DNA of 63,203 bases, the filler included, from Octopus bimaculoides (Eukaryota), in the NCBI RefSeq assembly GCF_001194135.2. It is 6 parts of 6 records of this genome, joined end to end, with 100 filler letters (N's around TTAATTAATTAA, not from the genome) between each part and the next. Parts side by side here need not be neighbours in the genome. Positions count along the whole stretch, not along the records: positions 61,023 to 63,203 come from NC_068996.1; 5 more parts are not named here. One strand, given 5' to 3'. Positions within the stretch are counted from its first letter, which is position 1. Each line of letters begins with the position of its first letter. A program made the position numbers and the translations under genes. The notes beneath the pieces were generated by a model, which saw nothing but the letters and a program-made list of their open reading frames with translations, was not told the origin of the DNA and made no database searches. Positions 61,821-63,203 of the stretch are shown here, piece after piece.

Positions 61821-62834
61821 CTCCAATATGTTAGAAAGAGGTCATCAACGACCCAGCCACAAAGAAAATACTGTTCTCCAGAAAAATTTCGCAAAACACC
61901 AGAACAGGACAAAATGAAAAGTATACTGAATAAAGAATTATCTATGTACTGCAGTTTCGAACATTAACGTTTTACTTACGTAACAACATCTGTATTCTAA
62001 TCAGCACAGCCGTTCTAGAATCAATATAATTTGCAGAACTATAAACGAATTCTCTTCACGAAATAAGACTTGCATACAGTTCTACCGATTACATTGGGGT
62101 TATTTTTCAAAATGCTTCGGCTCCAGCGCGCAAAATTCCGGAAACAATTCTGCAGAGAATAATTCACTGCAGTATATGTTGCCGGCTGGAGAACATAACT
62201 ATTTAAATTATCATTTATATAGATAAAGTGATAAATTGAATATTAATTCAATTTAAAACCAAGTACATATACATATGTACACACATGTACATACACACGT
62301 GTATATATATATTTATGTGTGTGTGTGCGCGCGTGCATATTTGTATGATTGTGTTTGTGTGAGTATAAGATATACATGTATATGACGTGTGTATGTGTAG
62401 GTGCGTTTCACATTACACTCAGATATAGCTTTAAATGCCTCAAGATTCCCTCTATTGGAATTTTACTCCATTTAATAAAACCCTTTTACGTTATTCTTGA
62501 GATACTGCCCTTCATGTAAGAAAAGGATTTATTTGTATGACAGCCCGGTGTTTAATGCCCTCTGCTACAGACAACAGACATTCACTCTACTCATACAACA
62601 GTGTATCCGTAATTCTGTAATACAAGCATATTAAATATCAGCATACAAAAGACTCAATGGTTGCTAATACATTGTACAAATGATTTCTTTCATGTGAATC
62701 AACGATTATTTGATATTTTACGTTCTTCAAATATTTATTTAGGGTAATCCTTCGCCATATCACGGTTCACCTATCGCAGTTTGCGGTGTTGTTTTGCATT
62801 TATAATAAAATAAGTATGTACAAATTTGACCTTA

Positions 62835-63203
62835 ACCGGTTGAGCATGTCTTTTGGTGGCTGACGATATGTGCATCTCTGATCATGAGCAGAAGTAGTGG
62901 GGGTGCATCATAGCCATGTGTTGAGAGGAATTCTTTGGGGTCTGAATAATTCACCTTTGGAAACATGAGTGTTTCGTTCAACATCCTTAAGCAAACCTTA
63001 TTCAAGGACCTTTTGGGCGGGATGGGCTATTCGACCTGCCGAAAATTCTAACTGGGCCCCACCTGCGAGTTCATGCGCTGTTTATCTTGATATGTGATCA
63101 CCATGTCGCGCACACATGGTTGTGATGCATGTGCCTGATGTACCCTTATCAGACGGGTAGTCATGATGGGTATAATGGGATTCGTATATTTTACCCCAGT
63201 GTC
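62835..63203. mobile_element. Probable interspersed repeat, unclassified, runs off the window
   Basis: Higher-GC non-coding block recalled as a common Octopus repeat; not confirmable within the window. Confidence 0.3.

Noticed and set aside
62121-62191. Imperfect ~70-nt hairpin (CTCCAGC...GCTGGAG, CTGCAG pair)
   Set aside because: Too many mismatches to separate from chance without folding statistics.

Overview
This is a repeat-saturated eukaryotic draft-assembly window with AT-rich DNA, many N gaps and very dense di-, tri- and tetranucleotide microsatellites. The SINE and LINE content looks like a coleoid cephalopod, probably Octopus; this comes from recalled repeat families and is not verified. 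Almost every ORF in the supplied track is a microsatellite or N-gap artefact, and no host gene could be named. Supported content: (1) at least four SINE-type repeat families, three with tRNA-type heads and one ending in (GAT)n; (2) non-LTR retrotransposon fragments of the RTE, R4/Dong-like, CRE-like and L1/Tx1-like types; (3) a complete 1.9-kb non-autonomous Gypsy-type LTR element with PBS, PPT and TSD; (4) Tc1/mariner remnants, MITEs and foldbacks. The main leads are: three 5'-truncated copies of a restriction-like-endonuclease (RLE) retrotransposon all sitting at (CATA)n microsatellites, plus a different Dong-like copy in a (TAA)n tract; an RTE reverse transcriptase with a C4HC3 PHD finger inserted inside the RT domain; a variant minimal hammerhead-like motif in two copies of a repeat; and a ~21-kb CpG-depleted domain (about 22.5-43.5 kb) that looks like a methylation footprint and contains weak candidate + strand exons. 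All protein-family calls are by-eye motif recognition; no database search was run.
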